DNA of 64,000 nucleotides from a virus: IMG/VR virus record IMGVR_UViG_3300029057_000206; one strand, 5' to 3'. Shown piece by piece: positions 9,610 to 17,525 of this stretch (position 1 is its first letter; each line of letters starts with the position of its first letter). The notes under the pieces were generated by a model. It saw only the letters and a program-made list of their open reading frames with translations, ran no database searches and was not told where the DNA came from. The position numbers and the translations under genes were made by a program.

Positions 9610-10872
9610 ATGCGGAACATGAAACACATGACATATGTGATCGGTATAAAAGTACGTATATTTCCGTCTACTGTCCAGAAACGGATCATTGCAAAGAATG
9701 ACGGAGTGACACGCTTTATTTACAACCGTCTGGTTGCACGCGATCGTGAACTGCACAGCCTGCAGAAAGTGCAGATATACTGCGAGCCTGTTGCCAGCCG
9801 CATAGACTACCTCAAGTCACTCGGCACGGATCTGTCTGACTTTAAAGCTGCATATCCATTCCTTGAAGATCCGGAGATTGATTCCCTTGCCATTGCCAAT
9901 GCAAAACAGAATTACCTTGCGGCATGGAAGAACTTCCGGAAGGTTCCAGGCACATCCATGCCTGTATTCCATAAGAAATGGTATGGCAAAAGCTACCAGA
10001 CAAACTGCCAGTATGCATCAGGGGTCACCCGCATGGATAAAGGCAGCGTACGCCTTCTGGATGACAGACATCTCAAGATCCCGAAACTCGGGTCTGTAAA
10101 GTTTGCTGGGTCTGGTATGCTGCAGAAGATTTTCAAACGCACCTGCGAAACAAGAATCGGGACGGTTACGGTATCCATGGATAACTGCGGGGATTACTAT
10201 GTCTCCCTGCAGGCAGGTTCTGTATGTCCGTTCCACAAAGCACTCCCGGACACCGGGGATGGTGTCGGCATTGATGTAAACATCAAGAACCTTTACACCG
10301 ATTCCAACGGTCAGGAGGCAGATAATCCTAAGTTTTACACAAAAGGACAGAAGAAACTCGCCAAGGCACAAAAGAAACTTGCCCGGAGGAAAGAACGTGC
10401 CATAAAGGAAGGACGCTCCATCTATGAGTCGAAAAACTACCAAAAGCAGCGCCTGAAAGTGGCAAGGCTCTGTCGCACAATTGCAAGACGCAGGGAAGAT
10501 TACCTTGATGTCCAGAGCAAACACTTAGTCGAAAGCCAAGACTATATATTTGCAGAGGATATCAAGACAAAGAACCTGCTGAAGAACCATAAGCTTGCAA
10601 AAGCGATCGCTGACGTCGCGTGGAGGATGTTCCTTTCCAAAGTCTCCTACAAGTGTGACTTCTATGGCAGGCTTTTTGGAAAGGTGCCGTCAAAGAACAC
10701 GACACAGACATGCAGCAGCTGCGGCCATGTGATGAAAGACAGTGAACATCTCGATCTGAATATCCGTGAATGGACTTGTCCGGAATGCGGCATGCATCAT
10801 AACAGGGATGAGAACTCTGCAGTCAACATAAAAAATCTCGGGAAGATGATCTACCTTCCCGAGACTGTGTAA
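9610..10872 (+). CDS. tnpB: TnpB (OrfB, IS605 family; RuvC-like RNA-guided nuclease with a C-terminal zinc finger)
   Basis: 420 aa. Zinc finger CSSCGH...CPECG. RuvC-like residues are present. Confidence 0.85.
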   Translation: MRNMKHMTYVIGIKVRIFPSTVQKRIIAKNDGVTRFIYNRLVARDRELHSLQKVQIYCEPVASRIDYLKSLGTDLSDFKAAYPFLEDPEIDSLAIANAKQNYLAAWKNFRKVPGTSMPVFHKKWYGKSYQTNCQYASGVTRMDKGSVRLLDDRHLKIPKLGSVKFAGSGMLQKIFKRTCETRIGTVTVSMDNCGDYYVSLQAGSVCPFHKALPDTGDGVGIDVNIKNLYTDSNGQEADNPKFYTKGQKKLAKAQKKLARRKERAIKEGRSIYESKNYQKQRLKVARLCRTIARRREDYLDVQSKHLVESQDYIFAEDIKTKNLLKNHKLAKAIADVAWRMFLSKVSYKCDFYGRLFGKVPSKNTTQTCSSCGHVMKDSEHLDLNIREWTCPECGMHHNRDENSAVNIKNLGKMIYLPETV

Positions 10873-11062
10873 AAAATATAAGAACCCATAGTTTGACAAC
10901 TCACTATGGTAACCGTCCTCTAACTGGCGGGCCTCCACCTGCTTTCCTGTGGGAAAACAGGCGAGCCTGCTGTATCTGGGTAAGCTTTCCTATAGGTGCA
11001 TTTCATGTTTCTTTATAAGGGATTCCACCTTACGGAGAGGCTCCTGACATCGTCAGGAGTAG
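10873..11062 (+). ncRNA. putative TnpB guide (omega/reRNA) scaffold from the IS right end
   Basis: This ~190-nt structured region lies between the tnpB stop and the right-end hairpin. The position is inferred from the known TnpB-omegaRNA architecture, not from similarity. Confidence 0.3.
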
Positions 11063-11464
11063 TTGACCTGGGACGATGTGACTCTCCCAAGAGAGTCCAC
11101 CCGGTTGACAATGAGCTACGTTCCGCAGGGAGGTAACTGGAAGGATGTTCCTCCGGAAATCCATAAATTTGGACCGGCAACGCACTCTGATATTTACCAA
11201 CGCCTTGCATGGGATCAGCCATCGCCTACCCTGGTAAACTGGAGGAAAATCAATCTCACACATCCAGAGGAAAACCGTATTCTTAATGTATCCGAAGCGG
11301 CAGCGCTTATGGGACTCCCAAAGGAATTCAAAGTTTTCGGATCAACCTTAAACGCGAAACAGCAGCAGATTGGAAACGGTGTAACTCAGGCAATTGGAAG
11401 ATTTGTTAAAAAGTATGTGCTACAAGCCTTGAACATGGATGGGAAAATAGTCAAATTTGCATAA
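11063..11464 (+). pseudogene. DNA (cytosine-5)-methyltransferase, C-terminal fragment only (motifs IX-X); the 5' two thirds are missing at the IS605 junction
   Basis: Motif IX RILNVSEAAALMGLPKEF and motif X QQIGNGV are present. Motifs I/IV/VI are absent. Homology starts ~11110 and the upstream M is fortuitous. Confidence 0.55.
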
Positions 11465-11476
11465 TGGAATAAAATA

Positions 11477-11511
11477 GAAAGGGTTCGTCTGATGGCGGAC
11501 TCTTTTTTTTA
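11477..11511 (+). terminator. terminator, an identical copy of the 8950-8981 sequence
   Basis: Exact 35-nt identity. Confidence 0.5.
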
Positions 11512-11589
11512 TGGCAACCTTCGGTGGCAATTTTCCCTATATTTTCTCTTTTCCCAAGATTTTTTCAAAACTTTGTAAAAAAAAATTCA

Positions 11590-11637
11590 AAATCCTTTGA
11601 CGATTTTTCAAATGGCGCAATATGTGTATTGAAAAGG
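11590..11637 (+). promoter_or_regulatory. promoter element P (tcCTTTGACGATTTTTCAAAtGGCGCAATATGTGTATTGaaaagg), copy 1 of 11
   Basis: A -35-like TTGACG is followed after 17 nt by an ATATGT/TATGTG -10-like sequence. The whole ~45-nt element is conserved, not just the hexamers. Confidence 0.5.
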
Positions 11638-11835
11638 CATAAAAGGATTCATGGTCCTGCCTTTTCCTGTGGAGATTCGTCTCTCCACAGACCTCCGAAT
11701 TTTAAATGTATATCTATGACTGCGCTGTCCTCCTGTTACGGGGCAGTACAGGAGGGGTTCACAGAGCTTTGCCAGCATTGGACACAAAGTGGCTGTTCAT
11801 CCGGTTCGAGTTCGGAGGATTCCTTTCGTATAAGA
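11638..11835 (+). ncRNA. promoter-P-driven structured RNA, family B copy 1
   Basis: Hairpins ctgtggag/ctccacag and cctcctgt/acaggagg. The 3' ~45 nt are homologous to 42395-42445, including the T-arm-like hairpin tccggttcgagttcgga. Confidence 0.35.
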
Positions 11836-11851
11836 AAAAAGGGGGGAAAGA

Positions 11852-12076
11852 ATGAGCAAAGAAGCATTAACTTTGGAAGAATTGAAAAACATGCAAGGAC
11901 AGCCCGTGTGGTGCCCGGACCTCAACTCTTACGGCATCATCAAGTGTGACACGTCCGGGAAATGGAAGGGAATTCCCTATATCCACGGTTCCCAGTATTT
12001 CCCGGAATTTGGAACCTCGACGGATTTTGAATACAACATCTTAGAGCGCGGACTTGTCTGCCAGCATATTCTCTGA
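11852..12076 (+). CDS. hypothetical small protein
   Basis: 74 aa. RBS aaggggggaaag. Confidence 0.4.
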   Translation: MSKEALTLEELKNMQGQPVWCPDLNSYGIIKCDTSGKWKGIPYIHGSQYFPEFGTSTDFEYNILERGLVCQHIL

Positions 12077-12199
12077 ACCGTGGAAAAGCTGGAAACCCGC
12101 AGAAAGGAAGAGGCGGTATGAGAAATGTGTGGCCAGTCCATGCTTTTGTTTTTACAGCATAATTGTAAATTGTTTGTGATTTAAGGAGGAAAAAAGAAG

Positions 12200-12937
12200 A
12201 TGTTAAACAAGTATCTTGATTTGTTGCAGCATGCGACGGAGGCGATGACGAGTGTCGGAAAGACCGGGGCTGGAGCAGCTGAATATTTTCAGGCAGTTGG
12301 ATATGAGTTTCTTGTTATTGGGCTTGGATTTTTGTATCTTGTAGGAATTGTTCTGTTGGTTGCAGGACCTGTACTGGTATTTTACCATGGTGTCTTCAAA
12401 GCCGGGTTTGCTTCAAAGAAATTAAAGGAAATGTATATGATTGCGGAAGAGTATGTCAATGCAAGTAATCAATGTAACGAATTACAGTATGATTTCGCTA
12501 ACGATGGGAAGAAATGCCGTGTTGAAAATTTTGAGAAGCTGTGTGAATGTATCGGACAGTATTACAAAGCTTTCAGTAAGGATGTTGGATACGGAATGGT
12601 TCCAGGTGATACAATGGAAGAAAAGAAATGTTTTCTGAGAGAAACAAAACATCCTCACGATTTTTCATGCGGTCTTCCACGCTTGTTTGGCATATATGGG
12701 TGGTCATTTGAGAGTAGTGAATATTCAAGAATTACTAAATGGAATTTATTCGCTGATATTGCCGCACCTGGAGAGGAATCGTCAATATTTACGGGCCAGG
12801 TTAAGAAGCTGTACCCATCATCAGGCGCATTCCTTCATGACGTTAAAATTTTCAAGGCAAAATGTATATCGATCATGGCTGCGACGGTGGTCCTATATGC
12901 AATCTTTGTGCTTCCACTGTGCCTTATGTTCTTCTAG
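12200..12937 (+). CDS. hypothetical membrane protein
   Basis: 245 aa with hydrophobic N- and C-terminal segments. RBS aaggagga. A terminator hairpin follows at 12955-12990. Confidence 0.55.
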   Translation: MLNKYLDLLQHATEAMTSVGKTGAGAAEYFQAVGYEFLVIGLGFLYLVGIVLLVAGPVLVFYHGVFKAGFASKKLKEMYMIAEEYVNASNQCNELQYDFANDGKKCRVENFEKLCECIGQYYKAFSKDVGYGMVPGDTMEEKKCFLRETKHPHDFSCGLPRLFGIYGWSFESSEYSRITKWNLFADIAAPGEESSIFTGQVKKLYPSSGAFLHDVKIFKAKCISIMAATVVLYAIFVLPLCLMFF

Positions 12938-13002
12938 GCTATCCAAATTTCGCATGAGAGAGGGGGAAATTTTTTCCCTCTCTTTTTTTTATAAATTTCT
13001 CC

Positions 13003-13050
13003 CGAATTCCTTTGACGATTCCCCAAATGGCGCAATATTTGTATTAGAAA
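13003..13050 (+). promoter_or_regulatory. promoter element P copy 2
   Basis: attcctttgacgattccccaaatggcgcaatatttgtattag. Confidence 0.45.
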
Positions 13051-13086
13051 AACATAAATAAGCATTCGTTCGAAAGGAAAATTCGT

Positions 13087-13332
13087 ATGTGTAAAAAGAG
13101 GGTGAGAGGGAAAGGGAGGAAAACAAAGAAACAGCGGGAAAATCTTTACCGGTGTGGAAACGGAGAGAAAGTCCTGTTTTCGTATTCCAAGAAGCGTAAG
13201 ATGGACAGAAAATCTCATGTTTCAAGCATTGCATGTGCAAGGAAAGCGGGAAAAAATTACTGGGATATGTGGGGCAGGGGTTACCCGAACCGTTCAAGAA
13301 TCAGAGCGTATTTTACGTATCTGCGAATATAG
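13087..13332 (+). CDS. hypothetical small basic (K/R-rich) protein
   Basis: 81 aa. Its leader aacataaataagcattcgttcgaaaggaaaattcgtATGtg is homologous to the leader at 53703-53760. Confidence 0.35.
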   Translation: MCKKRVRGKGRKTKKQRENLYRCGNGEKVLFSYSKKRKMDRKSHVSSIACARKAGKNYWDMWGRGYPNRSRIRAYFTYLRI

Positions 13333-13471
13333 CATTTTAAGGAAAACTCACTAATTCCCACAGGAAAACCTGTGGTTTTTCGCCACAATTTTATAACTCA
13401 AAACAAAAAATTTGTGAATGATTGGATTATCTGGATATTTTTTGCTAAAGGATCATTTGGAGGTATTGTAT

Positions 13472-13936
13472 ATGAGAATTCCATTACCGTGTAAGTTTGG
13501 AGAAACATTTGGGTATAAGGGGAAAAGCCTGAAATTATTGAGTGTATCATGGTTTAAATGGTCGTATAAGGGTTTGGAATTTACGTATACCACGGATAAG
13601 GAATTTGTCACTAGCACCGATATGAATCAGCCGGAGTATATGGAAATTCCAGATGAAATGATTAAATCGTGTCAAATTAAAGGTCTTGGCTATCCTTTGA
13701 AGGGGATTGGCTATGTAGCAGGAATTCAATTTCGGGAAGGTCGTTTGTTCGCCGATATCATCGTTGAGAGTAGATATTTAATACATATTCTTTGCGAGTG
13801 TGATGGAGATGGGAAATATAAGAAGAATGGTGAAATTCAATTTCCACCGGTTCCAAGTTTTGAAACGGATGAGAAACGAAAGGCAGCGGTCTTAAAGCAG
13901 TTTTATAATGTACCTTTTGGAACTATCAAATTGTAA
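13472..13936 (+). CDS. hypothetical protein (start moved to the RBS-backed ATG)
   Basis: RBS ggagg lies 7 nt upstream of ATG 13472. Confidence 0.5.
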   Translation: MRIPLPCKFGETFGYKGKSLKLLSVSWFKWSYKGLEFTYTTDKEFVTSTDMNQPEYMEIPDEMIKSCQIKGLGYPLKGIGYVAGIQFREGRLFADIIVESRYLIHILCECDGDGKYKKNGEIQFPPVPSFETDEKRKAAVLKQFYNVPFGTIKL

Positions 13937-13962
13937 GGTATGCATGAGAAAGAGGGAATGTA

Positions 13963-14292
13963 ATGAGATTAATTAACAAAAACAAAGGAACTCCGTTTGC
14001 AGATGTAGGTGCATACGTTTGCGAGCTTACCGACGAATTGGATGCTCTTGCGAAGACTGTGTCAGACGCAAGTGTCAACCGGCACTATATTTTGGCGGAT
14101 GAATTCTGTAAAAGGAATAAATGCCTTGCAATCCGTATACCAGGCTGCACTTTGGGCGGAATACATTACAACCACGGCAATATTGTTACAGGAATCGAAA
14201 TTAATACAGACTGCGTCAATAAGATATATTTATTGAACGCAAAAGAACTGGTTAATAAATACATCGGAGATAAAATTGAGTTTGAAAAATAA
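13963..14292 (+). CDS. hypothetical protein
   Basis: 109-aa ORF. Confidence 0.45.
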   Translation: MRLINKNKGTPFADVGAYVCELTDELDALAKTVSDASVNRHYILADEFCKRNKCLAIRIPGCTLGGIHYNHGNIVTGIEINTDCVNKIYLLNAKELVNKYIGDKIEFEK

Positions 14293-14694
14293 GTTTCTCT
14301 GGTAAGTTTCGGAGGAAGAAAAAAGGAGAATCATGGAAATGGAAGTATGGCCAGTTCTAACTGATAAAAGCCGAGCAATTACTTTCTGCCTGCTGGCATT
14401 TCTATATCAATCAGGTATTTCATATTAAAGTTAAATAAAGGGAGCATCTTTAAAATTTTCCCTTTAAAATATACAAAGGACTGGTACAACATATGAGAAC
14501 AGAAACAACTAGCATTTCGGCAAGAAGAAAGAAAAAGACGAATACAGAACTTAATAAGGTTAATCATGAGGCGCGTGCGCGGGGCATGTCGTATGGACAG
14601 TATTCATCCAAGGCGTATGCCCCGGTGGTTGAAAAAAGAGGAAGAATTGTGTAAGGATGTACTTTGATTGATCAAAGCTAGTTAACACAAAAAT

Positions 14695-14745
14695 AGCAAG
14701 CAGTTTCTCGTTTCCAGAAATTCTGGGAAAGAAACTGCTTTTTGT
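14695..14745. terminator. bidirectional terminator
   Basis: A 10-bp stem agcagtttct/agaaactgct has T-runs on both strands. It closes the LRR gene. Confidence 0.55.
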
Positions 14746-14768
14746 ATACATTGAATGCCTTGGCTGCA

Positions 14769-17405
14769 TCAGAGGTATTCGTCGATGTCGTCGTAGTCCT
14801 CACGGGTATCTGCCATATCCTCGCATCTTCCCGTTACTTCCGGGGCGGTCGCCTCATGCTCATCTTCGAGGTCTTTCAGACGGCTGCCGCTTACCATTAC
14901 ATAGGCATCCTTCGTGGAAAGATTTTCGCGGGAGAAAGCGAGAAGGTCTTCTTCGGATGGTTCGGAGAAGAAACTGCCGATCTCCGGGAGTTCGCCGTGT
15001 TCCTTCACATAATTGTCGTAGGCTTCTTGAAAGTACAACTCCACGGAGTTGTTGTATTTCAGGACGGAACAGGACTCGTCCGCATCAGTATAGGGGGCAA
15101 TTTCCTCCAACAAATCTTCTTTGGCATTAACTTCTCCAGCTGCGATCGCTTCATACAAATCACACAGATTTGGATATTTTTCTTCATATTCGCTGTTGAG
15201 AAAACCTACAATATTGTCGTTATCCAATATAACCAGTAAATCTCCGGTAAGAGGCGGCGTCATTCCTGCAAATTGACGGATGTTGTCATTTACCATCTCG
15301 TTGTAACCATTTCCCATAAGTACATCCGGGTACGGGGCCTCTTCGCACCACTTTGCAAGCACCGGGGCAAACTGGTCAATCTGTCGGTCATCCGCAAACT
15401 CGATGTTGTCAAAGACGAGCTTCCCGCCATCTGCAGTCTGCCATGCTTCCGCCTGCGCAAGAATCTTCCCAGATGTTTTGTCTTCGATCACAAAGAATCC
15501 GGCATCCGGGTTTGCCAGTCCATATATCATGGCTGTTTCTCCTGCGCCCCTAAGATGCTGGCAGCAATTAGTGTCATAACCGATCATGACCTGCCGCGGG
15601 TCTTTGGCGTCCATGATGTAGGCTCTGTAATCGCCAAGTTCCACCTCCGTTGTTGGAAGGGTGCATTTACAGTCGGCAAACTTAAAATCCGGATATGACT
15701 TTTCGATTTCCTGAATTTCAAGCAGTGCCCTCCCTCTTGAAATCTGTGCTCTTACAGCATCTACATTGTCTGATGCATCAATGGTGATACTGTTCTTGTA
15801 TTTAACGATATCCTTTACCAGATTCTGGCTGACATCTGGATGAAAAGCTACCCATTTGGCAAGATCTTTTAAATGTTCGTCGTTCTTTTGGCAGCTTTCA
15901 CATAACAGGACGGAAGCATAATCTTTATGTGGATTTTCAAGGATGACATTCTTTACGGTGTTTACATCGAAGTTCATTGCAAACAGTGTCGCTTCCACAT
16001 CACAGAACCGGTTCCCTTTATTACAGGAACGCATCGCCATGACTGCATCACGGAACTTCTTTTCCTCGAAGGATTTTACGATATCCTCTGGCGCAATGTC
16101 TAACTCTGTGGAAGCGATGGTAAGGGCATCGATGATCTTTGGCACCACACCGCAGCTTCTTTTGTCTAAACGGAACAACGCCGTCAGCTGTTCTTTCGCT
16201 TTTGCATCCACGCTGTTTTTGATGTTGTAAAACCCGATGGCCTGGAAATCCTTTTTGAACTGCACTGCTGTTTGTTCCAGCTTCCCACTATGTTCCGCAT
16301 TACAGAGCTTGGATACCAGAACCGGGGAATATACATCTTTTCCAAGGATATCGGCAGCTTCTTTTGCGATATCCAGACACTTCTGGTCCTCAAGTCCGTC
16401 TGACTGTTCCTGCGTTAGAGTAAAAGCTTTGTATGTAATATCTGATCCCCTGTAATTGATCACAAGGTCATCGGAACAGCCATTAAGGGCATCGCAAAAT
16501 GTCAGGTCATCCGGCAAATGAAGTTCCTTTAAACCGGAACAATTTTCTAATGCACCCAAACCAAGATTTTTAACACCATCTGGAATAGCAATGGATGTTA
16601 AATTGACGCAATCCTTAAATGCATAGGCTTGAATCTCTGTCGTCTGATCTGGAACTTTAATTTTTTCCAGAGAGCTACATCCTGCGAATGCGGCTCTCTC
16701 AATACGCGTCACACTGTCTGGAATCTTAACGGAATGCAGCTTCCTGCAATCTTGAAATGTGCTCGCCTCAATATCGGTTATCCCATCCGGAATGGCAACA
16801 GAACTTAATTTGTTACAGCCCGAAAACGCATTTTTCTCAATACGTGTCACACTGTCCGGAATTTCAATTTTTTCTAACGAGTTGCAGCCAGCAAATGCAC
16901 TATAGTTGATAGCGGTTACGCTATCTGGAATTTTAACAGAGGATAGACTGCTACAATCTTCAAATAGACTGTTCTCAATATTTGTTACTCTATTCGGTAT
17001 TTCAATATGAGTTAACCCGGTGCATCCGTAAAATGCACCTTCTTCAACGCTTGTCACGCTATCCGGAATATCGATTTCTGTTAAAGAGACACATTCACCT
17101 AATGCGCCTGCACCGATCCTTGCCACGCTTTCTGGAATTTTCACACTTTTTAATGCATCGCAGCCGTAGAATGTACTTTCTCCAATGGATACAACGCCAT
17201 CTGGAATAACAACAGATGTTAATTCTTTGCACCAGGAAAATGCTCCATTTTTAATCCCTGTTAATTTACATTCTTCTCCTTTATAAATCACTTTCTCTGG
17301 AAGTACCACATCGCCTTTTTTGGGAATTGGCTTTCCTGTTGCGGCATCCACACAGCCAGCGAAATTTTCCTCCGTAAGTTCAAATTCTTTCAATTTTTTT
17401 GTCAC
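14769..17405 (-). CDS. BspA-type leucine-rich-repeat protein (about 12 LRR_5 repeats, IPDSVTxI..AFxGC) with a ~500-aa non-LRR C-terminal domain; no signal peptide
   Basis: The repeat consensus can be read directly (IPDSVTRIEKNAFSGC etc.). 878 aa. Confidence 0.8.
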   Translation of the reverse strand: MTKKLKEFELTEENFAGCVDAATGKPIPKKGDVVLPEKVIYKGEECKLTGIKNGAFSWCKELTSVVIPDGVVSIGESTFYGCDALKSVKIPESVARIGAGALGECVSLTEIDIPDSVTSVEEGAFYGCTGLTHIEIPNRVTNIENSLFEDCSSLSSVKIPDSVTAINYSAFAGCNSLEKIEIPDSVTRIEKNAFSGCNKLSSVAIPDGITDIEASTFQDCRKLHSVKIPDSVTRIERAAFAGCSSLEKIKVPDQTTEIQAYAFKDCVNLTSIAIPDGVKNLGLGALENCSGLKELHLPDDLTFCDALNGCSDDLVINYRGSDITYKAFTLTQEQSDGLEDQKCLDIAKEAADILGKDVYSPVLVSKLCNAEHSGKLEQTAVQFKKDFQAIGFYNIKNSVDAKAKEQLTALFRLDKRSCGVVPKIIDALTIASTELDIAPEDIVKSFEEKKFRDAVMAMRSCNKGNRFCDVEATLFAMNFDVNTVKNVILENPHKDYASVLLCESCQKNDEHLKDLAKWVAFHPDVSQNLVKDIVKYKNSITIDASDNVDAVRAQISRGRALLEIQEIEKSYPDFKFADCKCTLPTTEVELGDYRAYIMDAKDPRQVMIGYDTNCCQHLRGAGETAMIYGLANPDAGFFVIEDKTSGKILAQAEAWQTADGGKLVFDNIEFADDRQIDQFAPVLAKWCEEAPYPDVLMGNGYNEMVNDNIRQFAGMTPPLTGDLLVILDNDNIVGFLNSEYEEKYPNLCDLYEAIAAGEVNAKEDLLEEIAPYTDADESCSVLKYNNSVELYFQEAYDNYVKEHGELPEIGSFFSEPSEEDLLAFSRENLSTKDAYVMVSGSRLKDLEDEHEATAPEVTGRCEDMADTREDYDDIDEYL

Positions 17406-17467
17406 CTCTATTTTCTTCGTAGTCCTGTATATCTTTAATATGCAACAAGAAAAGTTTGCGGCGCTTT

Positions 17468-17525
17468 TTTCATCTCATATTCCTGATGTAAACAAATTTT
17501 GAAAATCGAAAGGAGATAATTTATT
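17468..17525 (+). promoter_or_regulatory. leader module L
   Basis: catctcatattcctgatgtaaac...aatcgaaaggagataatttattATG. Confidence 0.5.

Larger units (their letters stand above)
9011..11062 (+). mobile_element. IS200/IS605-family element carrying divergent tnpA and tnpB
   Basis: Subterminal hairpins cccctgacagcgtcagggg (9035-9053) and ctcctgacatcgtcaggag (11041-11059). There are no terminal inverted repeats, as expected for this family. Confidence 0.75.

Noticed and set aside
10018-10524. 168-aa minus-strand ORF
   Set aside because: It is antisense and fully inside tnpB.
11524-11949. 141-aa ORF spanning promoter P1 and the family-B RNA
   Set aside because: It has no RBS and a low-complexity, Ser/Cys-rich translation. 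It overlaps the conserved non-coding element and hairpins, so non-coding is a better explanation.
14742-15239. 165-aa plus-strand ORF
   Set aside because: It is antisense within the LRR gene, and other shadow ORFs of that gene are rejected for the same reason.
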